A DNA stretch of 64,000 nucleotides from Neophaeotheca triangularis (Eukaryota). Below, piece by piece: positions 1 through 12,605 of this stretch. The DNA is taken from positions 310,001 to 374,000 of the forward strand of contig BAAIJX010000015.1 of assembly GCA_054600435.1 (NCBI GenBank). Reading direction: 5' to 3'. The notes beneath the pieces are model-generated. The model had not been told where the DNA came from and did no database searches. It saw only the letters and a program-made list of their open reading frames with translations. Positions within the stretch are counted from its first letter, which is position 1. Each line of letters opens with the position of its first letter. The position numbers and the translations under genes were made by a program.

Positions 1-382
1 GACACATGGGCTGTCAGCCCTCGAGGAGCGGGTTGGCTCTTCGGCGACAAAGTGTCTTCGGAAGTATGCTATACCACCCACATACACATCTCCTCACCCT
101 CAGCACCAACTAACCTTATCCCAGTTCAACCACGTCAACGGCCTCTCCCTCATCGCCCGTGCCCACCAACTCGTCAACGAAGGCTACAAATACCACTTTC
201 AAAACCAAGACGTCGTGACAGTTTGGTCGGCGCCCAACTACTGCTACCGCTGCGGCAACGTCGCCAGCATCATGACGCTGGGCGAGGACCTGAACCCGGA
301 TTTCAAAATCTTCTCGGCCGTGCCGGATCATCGCCGCGCGGTTCCGGCCGGCAGGGGCAGGACGGGCGAGTACTTCTTGTAG
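1..382 (+). CDS. SIT4: Ser/Thr protein phosphatase PP6/Sit4 catalytic subunit, 3' part (gene starts before the window); exons <1-63 and 125-382
   Basis: Spliced translation is DTWAVSPRGAGWLFGDKVSSE|FNHVNGLSLIARAHQLVNEGYKYHF...VVTVWSAPNYCYRCGNVAS...EYFL*. It carries the PPP-family RAHQ and SAPNYCYRCGN motifs and the C-terminal YFL. WLFG and YKYHF match Sit4/PP6. Intron 64-124 reads GTATGC..CTAAC..CAG. Confidence 0.92.
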   Translation, partial: THGLSALEERVGSSATKCLRKYAIPPTYTSPHPQHQLTLSQFNHVNGLSLIARAHQLVNEGYKYHFQNQDVVTVWSAPNYCYRCGNVASIMTLGEDLNPDFKIFSAVPDHRRAVPAGRGRTGEYFL

Positions 383-1045
383 TAGACGCTTTGTAGTCAT
401 CAGTCGTCGTCGTGCTGCTTTGCTATACCCTTGGTCGCATGAGCTGGTTTGGTTTTTCAGGCGTTGGGGAACCGGGGTATGGGTGGGATGGGTGATGGGC
501 GTCTCTACGGCAATGATGAGGAGGGGTGTACGATATTGCAGAGGTCTAGAGACAAATAAACCTGTCGATGATGAGATCGTGAATGTTCATTGGCTCTTCT
601 TTTCTCGCACACAACGCACTCACTCACATATGCAAAGGCTTTAGAACTCAAAGGCTCTGACGCTTGCAATGGCGAAAAAGTCAATGTAACAAAACGCTAT
701 GTATATAAGGTAAAGCTGCCAGAGCTATCTACAATGGCCCTGCTTACGCCCTACCCTAGTTATGCCCAGTCTTGTCCTGTTCCTTCGCTAATGATGCCGA
801 TATCTTTCACTGTAAATCAAACCCGAAAATGCGAGCCACCCGGGAGCTGTAACGAATAACAGCTCGAAACTCAGTACTATGTGGTATTGCTTGCGCTACT
901 ACAATCAAACGCTGAAGGTAGATCAATATGATAAAGGTAACGATCGCTCGGGGAAAGGTGTCGTGAAAATCGTCAGGTGCCGTCAAGGCATGCGAATGTA
1001 ATGAAGTCTACCAGAGGGCACCGGAAGTGTAAAGTGCGCGGTAAA

Positions 1046-4000
1046 TCAGAGGAAGCCACCTTGCACGGGATGTGCACCTTGCTGGAGGTATTCAGGTGGC
1101 ATATTAGCTCTGATCTCCTTGGGGTTCCTGTAACCCATGGCGCTGCCCGATCGGCTTTGAGGCAGGACGCAGCCACCTGCGGGAGGAATTGATGTTTCGT
1201 TTAGCTTTCCCTCGTTGCCTGGTGCAGGCGGTGCGGGCGGTGGTGGAGGCGGAGGCGGAATCATGTTGTTTTGCTTTGACGATTCTTGCTGAGCTGCCAT
1301 TGCTTGCTCGTAGGGGCTCTTGGCTCTACTGATAGATTCCCGGCGGTGATGGGACGGCATGTGAGGCAGCACGGTTTCGTAGGGCGTTGGTTGAAGCCGC
1401 TCGGCCGGAGGTGATTTGGCTCGGGAATGGGAGTTGCTTCGCAAACGTCTGAAGCGCGCGCCAAATGATTCACTTACGCTGCCTCGGTTACGCTGCATCG
1501 ATGGCGAGGCTGTCGTAGCTCTATCCATCGGCTGAGGCAGATTGGGTCCCTCCGGTGGCTTTGAGCCTGCTGCGTGGTCTTCGATAGCAATACTGAAGGT
1601 ACCCAAATCCACATGGCTGTTTGACTGCTGGTGCATCGTTGGAGGGGGAGGAGGTGGCGGCGGGCCTGTTAGGTGCTGAAGTTCAGGTAAGACCGGCGGC
1701 GGTGGCTCATTGTCTTCTTCGCCAACCACAACGATTTGGTCATCGTTGTACGATAACGCTTCGTCAATACTGGTCCGCGTCTGGTACTGACTTTTATACT
1801 TTTCAGGTGGAGAGATATTGCGAAAGTGACCCCCCTTTGAAGCTGACTTATTGGAGAAAGGCAACCCAGCGGAATAGGCTGGATGTGTAGGCATACCACC
1901 CATACTCTTTTCAGGCGGTGCAGAGGCCGAGCGTGGAGGTGCTTGTGGACCTCTTTGTCCAAACACTGTGGACGGCAGTAGTGGTGCGACAGAGTCTAGT
2001 TCCGATGATTCATCTGGCCTTGTCAAATCGGTACGAGTCAAGTCGGACTCCGGCGCGATGGACGATAACTGGCTCAGGTTCGAGTTTGTCAGTGCGCTCA
2101 AGTTCGAGCCTGTAAGAGGGTTGAAATTCTCTGGCAGATGAGGCACCGGTGGTGCATTCTCGCGGTCGGGATCAGCGTTAATATATCGAGGATGCCTCAT
2201 GGCACGAGGCGTAGCTGGCAAACCAATAGGTGCGGAAGAGGTGGACGTGCCACTAGTAAGACCATGTCTCCCCATGGATTCCGGGTCAACGGTCTGACTG
2301 CGCGACAGTGGCGGTTGGAAAGAGTGTGGGCTATTAGTGAGGTCCGTGTGCGAACGTTGGAATCCCGGCCTCGAACCGCCGCTCAGAGGAACATCACCGG
2401 GCAAAGGTATTGACGGGGCCGAAGGCCTCCTTGCCAGGGATAGGCGACGCTCTTCGAGCTCTTTGGCCGCAAGCTGTTTTCGCGAAAGACCCCGAGGGCG
2501 GCGTCGTTTGGTGTCGGAGGCCATGGACATGGATGACTCTGAGAGTTGGTCGTCTGCGATGTTATCTTTAGAGTTGTCCATGTTGGACATGCCTGTCGAC
2601 TTTTTCCGAGCTGATGGTTGCCTACTAGTTGGCGTCACACGGGTGCGGCTTGCAGCGCGACGAGATTGCAGCCCGCCGTCAGGCCTTTTGTCCATATCTT
2701 TAATCCCTAACCGAACTCGTTGACCGTCGCTCTGAGTGTCGCTTGCATCGCCACTTCCCCTCTCCGGTGACATTGGTAAAGGCGAAGATGGAGACCGAGC
2801 GATCGAATTTGGTGTGCGTTGCTCCCCTCGACCGCGGTCTTCCACGGTGAGAAAGCTCCGGCTTGAGCTTCGCTGACGACTCCTCGTCCGGCTTACTGCT
2901 CTTGAATTAACACCGGTGGGCTTCGCAGGCTCTGGTGATTCGTGCCGGCGAGACCGATGAGCTCCGGACTTGCCAGACTTCACGCTTGGGCGGGATTCAA
3001 CAGGGGACGTCACTCGGTAGAAATCTTCGTCTTGCGCAACTGCAGTGCGTAGCGATTGCGATGCCTGTGCAACCTCCTCCGGCGACATTGGGACTGGTGA
3101 TGAGGGCGAGCGGTTTGCCGGCTTGACGTAGTGTGTATCTTCTTGGACACCAGATGTAGAAGGCTCGCGCATTCTGCTGCCGGCACGACTGTGACTCTCG
3201 CCCCGCCTTCGACTTTGGTTTCGATTTCGGCTTTCTGCACGCTGTTGACGTGCCAGCGTTCGTGCCTCTTCCACGCTGCTAATGTACTTATCAACAGCTC
3301 GAGCTTTAGCACTGCGCATGCTGTTTCCCGTCAGAGGGGGGCTCATGGCTCCAGCGCGGGTTTGTTCGATATCGTCGACAGACTCTCGGGTACTCGGTGC
3401 TGAAGAGAGATCATTGGGGTACTGAGTATCCAAAATCTGTACGGCCAAGTGGTCAGGTTTCTTCTCATGGGAAATACGACGCGCTTTGGATCCCTCCTTG
3501 AACCGTGAGAAAACGCCTTGGGCCGGAGAGGGTAGATGGTCGTCTTGCTTGGCCATCCTTTCTGGCGCAAGTGCATCGTAAGCCGTTGGTCTCAGAGCCG
3601 TAGTGGGCTCTTGGGACCCAGATGCTGAGGAAGCAGGGCGCTTAGATTCCCTTGTCGCGTTTGAGAAAGGAGCGACTTCTTGTACAGCTGTAGCAGGAGC
3701 TGCGCTCAGATCTGCAGCTTCTTGCTTTGCCCTTTCAATATCGGTCCTTGAGGGTACTCTATTTCTCCTGGTAAATCCACCCGGCGTCGCGGTCCGCGCA
3801 GAAGAAGGGTCCTGAGCATTGCGAGATTTGGATCTTCCCCAGGGACCAAGACCGCGTGGAGAAAGCGCTGATTCAATAGGCGTGCCCTCATAGGCAGCAT
3901 CGTTTCGCGACTTCACTGGAGCTCCCTTTTCGCCGAAAGTCGTGATTAGCTTCAACGCTGCGTTTTTCTGCGCCATTCTGCTGGAGCCAGTCGCTGACGG

Positions 4001-6397
4001 CGGAGAAAGAGGTGGGCTGGCCGCCGAGTCCGCGCTGAGTGGCTGGTTGAAACGTTCTTGCTGCGCGGCGTACACAGCGTCTTGGGCTCTGGGCGAGAAC
4101 CATGGCTCGGATGTCTCGATGCTGGTGCACGAGAAACAGCGAACAGCTAGCTCAGGTTGACCTGACTGCACTGCGAGCTCGCCCCACTTGCGGACCAAAA
4201 AGGATTGTCTCTGCCAGTCGGCTGGACACGTTAAACATGTGAGCAAGACGGCTTCCATGTAGAATTGCGAAGAAACGTAGACCTCAATGGCATCGTTGGT
4301 TTCCCCGAGACCGAGCAGTATCGCAGCGGCAGGATGGATGTCGCCCTTCTCGAGTAACCGATGTACGAAGGCCTCGCCAACTTTCTTCTGGGATTCTGCA
4401 CCGATGGAGCTGAGAGCCAGCAGCATCCAGTCCGAGGAGGTCATGGACTCGGATCCAACCATTGATGCCATCACGTCTGCGCCCATCTCGCCAAGCCACT
4501 TCGCCAGCAAAACTCCGCCTGCAGAGCCTGGTCGTTGCCTGCCAAGCTCTTCGCGGATGAGACTCTCTACGCTGCCATTCCAACCAAACACCACGTTCAA
4601 CATCTCGCGCTGCAATATCTCTGGCGTCCTCGCGACATTGCCGTACTGCGGTGTTCGGAACGGTATGTCGCGTAGGCGAGTTTTGGTGAAGGGGAAGAGA
4701 TCCAAGTGTGCCGTGTCTTCCGCTTCCTGCGGACTCCGGAGAACTTCTTTCCGGAGATTGGATGATCTGGAAGATTGATGCCGACTGTGAGAGGCGAAGG
4801 ACGATGTTGAGCGTATTGACATGCTATCATGTCCTTGCTTCTTTTCGGTCCCGAACGAGAACTCAGTGCCATTGTTGCCCACGCTAGAAGATGCACGTGA
4901 GGAGGATGGTCTGTCGTATAGATACTTGCGGCCTTTTGGTCCTCGACCAGAAGACCTGGAGCTGACTGAGGAAGTCCGGCTCGATGTAGGACTTAGCGGC
5001 ATGAGTTGGTCGCGAAGCTCGTCTTCCATTTGATCAAGAGAGTCTATCTCCTTTGCGATCCTTTGCAGTGGGGACATGGCACCATTCTCATCGGCGCTGC
5101 TCTCAGTCTCACTGTACCCCGTCCTCGGCAATACTGGGCCAGTTGCTTGAAAGCCTTGCTGCGCACTCTTGTAAGAATGCTTGGTTTCTTCAAGCGATGT
5201 TGGTGGTGTTGGAGGTGTATTTGCGGGCGCATGCTGTACACTGGCAACCTGTGTTGGTACGGCGCTTGGGTTGATATCGAATTGCTGCACAGAATGGTTG
5301 CGACCCATAGTGAATAGTGTTGCGGTAGGCCCATAATTTGTGACCCCGGTTACCCCTGAGAGCGTGGGGATGATCTCGTAAGTTACCTTCTTCGTCCGTA
5401 CATCCCAAGACCTCGTCTCTCTGCGAGCGATGATGTCAGCTGCCGATGCCAAAAATGTCCACCATGCCGCCATCAGCAAAGTTTTTGAAGCTTACCCATC
5501 TGCGTATTGCACTATACGACCATTCTTCGACCAGGCAAACCAGCAAGGTCCAGGTTGCAGGACATCTGCGCGTGACAGTATCCTGATGATGTTCGGCGAG
5601 TCTTGATAGGGTACTTTAGGAATGCTCCATACCCGGAGGTCGCCATCGAGCGTCTGTGTTGCAAGCATGTCGGTTTTCTGCTTAGATGAGGAGCCGTGCC
5701 AGGCAAGTCCAGTAATCCTCGAAGGCGAGCGGGTAGTCGTCAGAGTGTGCAGTATAGTAAACGACGGCTGTAGATTTGCCACGAGAATTGATCCGTTCAA
5801 ATAGCCGATGGCGAAAGTCTTGCAGTCTGCCGCTGGTGCAAGCGCCGTCACAGGATCGAAGATCGTCCTTGAAGAGAAATGCTCGGTGGTTGAAGGTTCG
5901 AAAAGGGTGATTGCGCCTTGCGAATTTCCTTCCAAACGTTAGCTCAGCTAGCTCATGCTACCAAGCTGATTACACCACTCACCCAGAGCAAGGTTGCCGT
6001 TGCGCATCCACGTGGCTACTTTCATTTCCTCGTAGGATGTGAATGTGCCGACAATGCCCCCAGTGAAAAGGTCCCATACAAGGGTAGTATTGCCCTTGTC
6101 ATGGCTTGCCGCGAGCCTTCCCGCTCCTCTATCGCTGACGTTGTCCACCGCGATCCAAACAATGTCCTCTTTGTGCGCATCGAACCGCCTTTCGATCGCA
6201 AGTGTGTCATGATGAACACAGAGCACGAGATTCCTTTGCGCATACAGCAAGAACGAAGCCGTGGCCGCACAGGGCTCCAACTCTTGGTCCGCATTATCAG
6301 GCGTCAGTGTTGTGGGCGGTGGTGTGCTTCGTATCGCGGCCACATTCTTCGAGGACGATGACTTGGACCGCTGCCTCGAAATCTGCCCGGTAGACAT
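1046..6397 (-). CDS. Large WD40-repeat protein with a central Gemin5/WDR17-like helical (TPR-like) region and a long disordered Ser/Pro/Arg-rich tail; exons 6397-5983, 5928-5496, 5420-1046
   Basis: Three ORFs are joined in frame by canonical introns (5982-5929 GTGAGT..CTAAC..AAG; 5495-5421 GTAAGC..CTGAC..CAG). WD-like strands include TLVWD, LRVWS and RSWDVR. Poly-Pro tracts lie near the C-terminus. The start codon is uncertain. Confidence 0.8.
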
Positions 6398-8912
6398 GTC
6401 GTGGGGTTCTGATTCGTATCTTGTCGTCAGTCGCAATCACCCAAATCCATGTGGCCGTAGCAAAGGCCCGCAGTCCTCGAGTAGGTTGCTAGCCGCAAAT
6501 AGATATGGGAAGGATATCTTTTGAGGGTCCGATCCTTCGACACGTACCCTACATTCGCGCGCTAAAAGGCCGTGAGGTGACACCCGTATTCCCTGAGGTG
6601 TGGTGTGGTGCGCCTGAGACGGCCGCGCTTATTGCTGAAAGTATCGGCGTGCTTTGCTGGGGAAGATGCAGGTAGCCGCCTCGGAAACGGTGTCTGGGCG
6701 GGCTTTTTCGAGGACGGGCAGGACTGTGTACAACTTGAGGGGTGGTCGACCTAAGTTACTGACTGCTGTGTGTACTGTAGGAGAAGAGGGTAAAGGATGG
6801 AAGAAGGCGTAGCGGCTTGCAGGAGAAGGGTTCGGGCTGTCGAGGTACCTGGTAGCTCGTTTTCTTGGGGGTAGGTGAGGTAGGGATGGATGTAATGTGG
6901 TGGGTAGACGAATGGGAGTTGGGCGCGTAGACAAAAGGCCAAGCTCTCGCTGTCGAGGCGATCAATAATACCTATAGTACCTACTGTATCTTGCCTCACC
7001 TTACCTTACCTTATACGTGGGTGCCGATGCAGGGCAAGTCGGGGGGGATAGCGGCTATACGAGCTGTATCAATTGTCAAAGGCTGGGGGGCAAGAGGGCA
7101 AGAGGCCTATAGAGCGGCAGGAGCGAGGGGGTGCGCATCGATTCGTGCCCTGAAGAGTGAAGATGGCATGGCATGCACAACGACAGCAGCATCCGGCAGG
7201 CTTCGCTTCTCACGCCTTCTCGTGCAAAGTGCTCGCAGACAGCGCATACGGCATGATAATAATAAGAATACGTGAGCCAGTCGTGACTTCCAGTCGTGAG
7301 GTGCTAGCACTAGCAGTCTGCGAAAGCGACTTGATTGGATGTCGTTGTGACGGCTGCTACCCGCCGTCCGCCCCACTTTCTGCGCTTCATCACACCTGCA
7401 CCTACTAGTACTGAGGTACTGTACCTTGGTAGGGTTCTCTTCTCAAGAAGGTAAGGTGCCTTACCTTACTCGCGCCTGCCTTGCCCGGCCACAACTACAC
7501 CTCCAGCTCCAGCTCCGTCGCAAGGCTTCAAGCAACATCATCACAGATCAAATGGAGAGCGGCAGTCTCTCTCCGAACCGACGACTTTGTTCCCTCCCCC
7601 TTCCCTCTGCGCCGCCAAAAAAAAAGACCGTGACGAAACGTATCCTGGAAACAAGAACATGGCCTTCGTTAGCGAAGCGGGCCCTGACCTCGTGAAAGGC
7701 GTCCCAGGGACGTGGAATCACCACCGACCTTGCAGATAGGTACTACGAACGCCCTCTTCTCTTCTCCGGCCAGGTCGCTTTCAGTCCTAGAGATTGTACC
7801 GCATTGGCAAAAGTGTGCGCCTGGTCACGACATTTTCTTTTCCCCAGCATATGCTGGGTTTTGTTCTTGACACAGTACCTGCAGCGACGACTGTTCGAAT
7901 GCCCGATCGCGTTCATGTTGTACAACGCGCTCGCGGGCCTGAGTGGTCGCAGACGGTACGGTATCACGTGTGGCTTCGTTCACCGCCTCGCATGTCGGAG
8001 CTCGTGACTCATTGGGCGGAAAACTCTACATTTCATGATGTACTTTGCTAAATCTGTTCTATTTGCGCACACAATGAGATGCTCGCCAAGGGTGCATTTG
8101 ATGTTCACGTTTCTGAGCTTCAGTGGCGTAGGGACGGAGTATTGAAGTTGTTGATCGAGACGGTCGATATGGTGGATCTACCTACTTGATTCATCTCTAA
8201 GCGCCCACTCCCGTGCCATCCACGGGCCGCGGCGTATGAGCCGCCCCTGTCAAGGCACGTGCCAAAACACCCCTGACTGCTACCTACTCCCACAGGGCCC
8301 CATTAACGATTCCAATGTGTGTCCAAAACCTTTGCACCCACAGTCTGGACCACGGTCCACGGTCCAATGCCTCCACGATCGTCCAGTAGCTGTCTCTCAG
8401 AGCTTCTCCGGGTGTTGCATGCTGCAATATTTTCAGGATCGTGCGTCCAAACTTCCGCATCACGTTCCCATCACCTTCGTGATCGCTGCCGCTGCCTCGT
8501 GTGGTTCGCCGTCGCGTGGCTACCGTTGCCACGTTCCCCATTAGGGATGTGCGCAGTGAAAAGCGTTGGGCTTCGGTGGCAACCAAGCAACCTCCTGAGT
8601 CTCGCGAGGCGGCTTGAGTCGTTGGGCCAACTTCCCAACGCAAAAGCGTCGTCGTAGATCATTGCTGCGGGCTCCGCATCTCAGAAGGGGCTCGCCCCGG
8701 TGGACTTCTCCAGGCCAGCGCTTGGGGCTGCCGGAAGTTGATCGCGTTTTTGCGGAAGCTTCGTGCTTTACACTCGAGCCCATGTCGGCTTGCAGTGAAT
8801 GTTCGTATCTCTAGTCGCTTGCGAGAAAATTCCCAGTTGCGCATTCCGGCCAGGGTAATGGAAGTATCTGGCGGAAAGCATCTCCGGAATTTTTCAAGCC
8901 AGGCAGTGTCGT

Positions 8913-9245
8913 TCATCTGCCAACAGACGGCAACAGAGGTCGAGCCACCAACATGCCCGGCTGTCGTCGCGCAGATTGCGGCTGCTGTCTCCTCAAGAGA
9001 TCAATCTCGTCGGCGCCGAGCAAGTCATCGTCGCTAACGTAAGAGCTCGCTTTGTTGCTGTTGGACCTGGTGGAGGAGGAATACTGCTGCGAAGCGTACG
9101 TGTTCGACGAGCGGTAGACGTCGGAGAATGCGCTGCGGTTGGAAGATGTCGACCCGATTTGTAGCGGTTGGCTGGCGCTGCGCGACGAAGAAGCCGAGGT
9201 TGCAAGCGACGAGGCCACGCTTGACGTTGATGAGCTGTAAGACAT
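8913..9245 (-). CDS. Small Ser-rich hypothetical protein (110 aa; the 3' end may involve an unrecognised intron)
   Basis: ATG in good context (CACCATGT), a TATA-like TATATATA about 120 nt upstream, and an SSYVSDDDL motif resembling small Ser-rich proteins of filamentous ascomycetes (recollection, not searched). Confidence 0.55.
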   Translation of the reverse strand: MSYSSSTSSVASSLATSASSSRSASQPLQIGSTSSNRSAFSDVYRSSNTYASQQYSSSTRSNSNKASSYVSDDDLLGADEIDLLRRQQPQSARRQPGMLVARPLLPSVGR

Positions 9246-9365
9246 GGTGAATTTGGTTGTTTTTCTATCGACCTATGCAAACGATGCTCTAGATAGAATG
9301 AAGAGTCGATGGTTGTAATAGGCCAGAGTCTTCTAGAGAGTCTCCACTGTGGGTTTGAGTCGTGT

Positions 9366-9374
9366 TATATATAT
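9366..9374 (-). promoter_or_regulatory. Putative TATA box of the small Ser-rich gene
   Basis: TATATATAT run about 120 nt upstream of the ATG at 9245. Confidence 0.4.
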
Positions 9375-12300
9375 GTGGTTAGGTAGGCGTCGCCCAGTGT
9401 TGTATTTGTCGAGCTGTCACGAGTGACAAATATGAATCCAAATACAAGTTGGCATTTGACACGTCGGTTCCGGTCGAAGCAGAGTTGATGTATTTGCAAG
9501 AGTCATTTCGTGCAGGTATGCGGTAGAGGCGGCGGCGGCGGTACAAACATATATCCATCGCACCGAATGCCCCTTCCCCTCCGTCGTCACAGAAAGGCGG
9601 AATAGATTTTCGCAAAAGGTTCGCTAAAAGAGGAGGGATGTCGGGGCGGTCAGAAGGTTTCCGGCTGATTTCCTCCAAGGCTGAGCTGACCGCACAGTCC
9701 GGCGTAACGTGGGCGGTTTTTGACGGAAACCCGGCCGCCACGCCCGAAAAAGCTACGGACGTCAGAGAGATGAGGTACGTACTCAGGTACATTGCTACTT
9801 GCTACTTCCAAGGTTGTCATATCTATGCCTTGCCTTACCTTTCTCGATTTGCTGATTGCTTGCGTTTGCTCCAAGGAGGTTCGTTTGCAGCCAAAATGGT
9901 ATGCAGCGAGCGACTTTGTACGGTCGTCGTATTTTCCGTCGTGTAATCTGGCAAGAGCGTTGCTTGCCAGCGCTTGTAAGTATGGATTTCCAGATATGGA
10001 TCCACCGTCAGACGTGTGTCCGAGATCGACAAGCAGAAGTCTTCGAATTATTCTTCGATCAAAGAACGGGTCGGATGTTCATCGGACTCCACATGCTTTG
10101 ATGCTCAAATTGACAACCACGAGGACGAGATTCAAAGTTTTTGACGGGTGTGGCCTCTGAGGCTCTGAGAGACTGCGTGAGGCTCTTTGCGGAGAGTTTA
10201 CTTCGGCGACAGCAGGTCTAGAAAGCTGGGGTAGCCGCGCCCAAACGGTCGACGTCTGTCCGTCACGAGAGGCGGAAGTATATTTCTTCCGGCAAGGCGA
10301 CTATGTACTTCTGGCTTGTCCACGCTTGCTTGTCCATTCAGCCGTCTCGTCTCCACGAATAATTCTCGTCTCGAGGCGTTTTTAAGCTCTCCTTCCCCCG
10401 CAACTTCAAGACGCATCCATGTCCTCACCTAGGAAGTGCGTGTCAAATTGGTACGGTACACATATACCTCGGGCAAAAGCATACCGTAGATGCTATAGCT
10501 GACGTTGCTGTGCAATCTGCGAAAGAGAGAGTCTCTCTGTCGCCGACTTCTGATGGGCCTTGCGGTGCTGGCGCGTGGAAGATGGAAGTTGGCCGCGGGA
10601 CAATCTCAAAGCACTACTAGAACCGGGCATTCTGCTTCCATTATTGCCCCACGATGACGCTCCCGTTGTCCGTGGACCAGAACCCCCTTGTCGAGCCATG
10701 TGAGCGGCCGGTGCGGTAGAAGGCAAGAAATTCTCTTTCTGATAACGCAATTTTCGATGGATTCGTTTGCGATTTGAGTGATGATCTGCAGACCATGTGA
10801 AAGATGATGGTTTTGTTTCGGCACAGAGCTGGCGAAAGGTCGGCATCATGTTCCTCCTCTATACGTTTGACTTTCCACGTTCCTCGTCGCCGTACTACAC
10901 CCGCACGCACCACATGGTGAGTTCTGGCTTTTGAGCAGCGAAAAAGAACCGCTGTCCAGCTACGATCATCCATATTTCTCGGGCGTCTGGTGGCCACGAT
11001 GAAGGTTCCTTCTAAAGGCTTTTTGAGTTTTCAGTTTCCACTTTTAAGCTTGCAGCTCACATGGATTATTGATGCGTGGTCGAAGTAGCCTTGAATTTCC
11101 ATGTCCGTCGACTCGCTTTCCGGACATCAATCGCCATTTGCAGGTGTCGGAGCAGACCTTCCGAGACAACACTCGGGCGATGGAAACGTTCTATTTCGCC
11201 GGTATGATCTCTCAAAAAGTCAATTTGGCATTGACTACATGTGACGAAAGATGCCTTTGTCGCTCTCACTCCATCTGTCGATTGCGCTCCTCAACCCTCG
11301 AGCAACTCTATCCATCGATATTAATCTCATGTACCGCGGAACGTAGCGCGATGGGCAACGATGTCTCCTGGACAACACCATCGCCAGATGTTCGGCCGTT
11401 CCCCGTTCCCCGTGTTGGAGACGTGATGGCAAGATGAGGTCAGAGTCATGCGCAGCAAAGGCTTTTAGGTAGTATCTCTCATGCACGATTAGTCTGAGGT
11501 CGTCTTCAATGACACGAGGTCATGCCCAGGTGGTTGTTGACATTGCGTTGATCCTTGTCACTGCCGCCTACGGTCATGGATTTCTATAAGGTCTTCTGGA
11601 GATTACGTCGTACATCGTTTCTGCTGAGGGAGGAGATCCGGCCTCTCAGACGACTCTCTTACCTTTCTGCTAAATGTGTTGAACTCGCTGAACGCAACAT
11701 GAAGCAGAACGCTGCAAGATGTACAGGCAGTAATCAGACTAGGTAAACATTGCGGTGGTTTTATAGGCTGGCGACACTGCCAACCCCCCGCATTTGTCTA
11801 GTCAACGAATCTCGACTTGATCAATCTGGTACTCATGCAAGGTAGCGCATCAGATAACACCCAAGATTCTAATATGCAGCATTTTAGATTGCTTTTGAGA
11901 AGGCGGAAGCAAAGTCTCATGATGACAGTGCGAGCCACGGCCGTGATTTTCGAACGAGCTTTTTGGCGGCTTGCATCTGACTCTGATCAAGACCAAGAAG
12001 CTCGCCATCCCGCTGCCAATGTAGTATGCAGCCGTCAGAACAAATCCACCACGTATGCGGGCTTCACTGCCATTGTTAAACATCCATGAGGTTGGTTCTT
12101 GGACAAGCAATATACCAGGCACTGGTAACGACGGGCGTTACTCCTTCGGGGAGTAGCTTCGCTGACCACCCTCAATCCTCTTATCATAGCGACACGAATT
12201 GCCCGAGTGCATTTGAAAGGGATCAACTTCCTAGACCACCACTCTCTCGTGGTGGTAGCTAGCAAATCAAACTGTTGTACTTCCCTCCCTCTGTAGGAGG

Positions 12301-12605
12301 GGCTAGAGTTCTTTCTGATAGTCTGAATGTGTTTTCTCTCAAGGTACAAGCGTAAGGGTTGCTGAGGGAAAGGGAAAATTGCTAAAGCATGGGTAATCGA
12401 ATACAACCGTTCCAGTAGCAAGCAGCTAGCTCTAGACAGAGTAATGAGAGCGTACGCGTAGTGATACCATGTGTAAAGCTTTCCTAATAGACCAACACCG
12501 CCTCTCCATAAGCCGTACGCAAACGCCTCGTTCACCATGATCGCCAAACGCGCTTCTGCCGGTGTATCCCAAACGCTCCAAAGCAACAGTACCATGCATT
12601 CCTCG

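Noticed and set aside
568..660. ATGATGA...CTGA pair resembling a box C/D snoRNA
   Set aside because: No convincing terminal stem, C'/D' boxes or recognisable rRNA guide. It lies next to the likely SIT4 poly(A) signal (AATAAA at 555-560).
11915..11995. Second box C/D-like arrangement with a short GTCT/AGAC stem
   Set aside because: I could not match a guide sequence to rRNA or snRNA, and such short motifs are expected by chance. snoscan or Infernal would settle it.
12231..12262. Hairpin ACCACCAC-6nt-GTGGTGGT downstream of VPS24
   Set aside because: Short, low-complexity stem, with no intrinsic-terminator role expected in a eukaryote.
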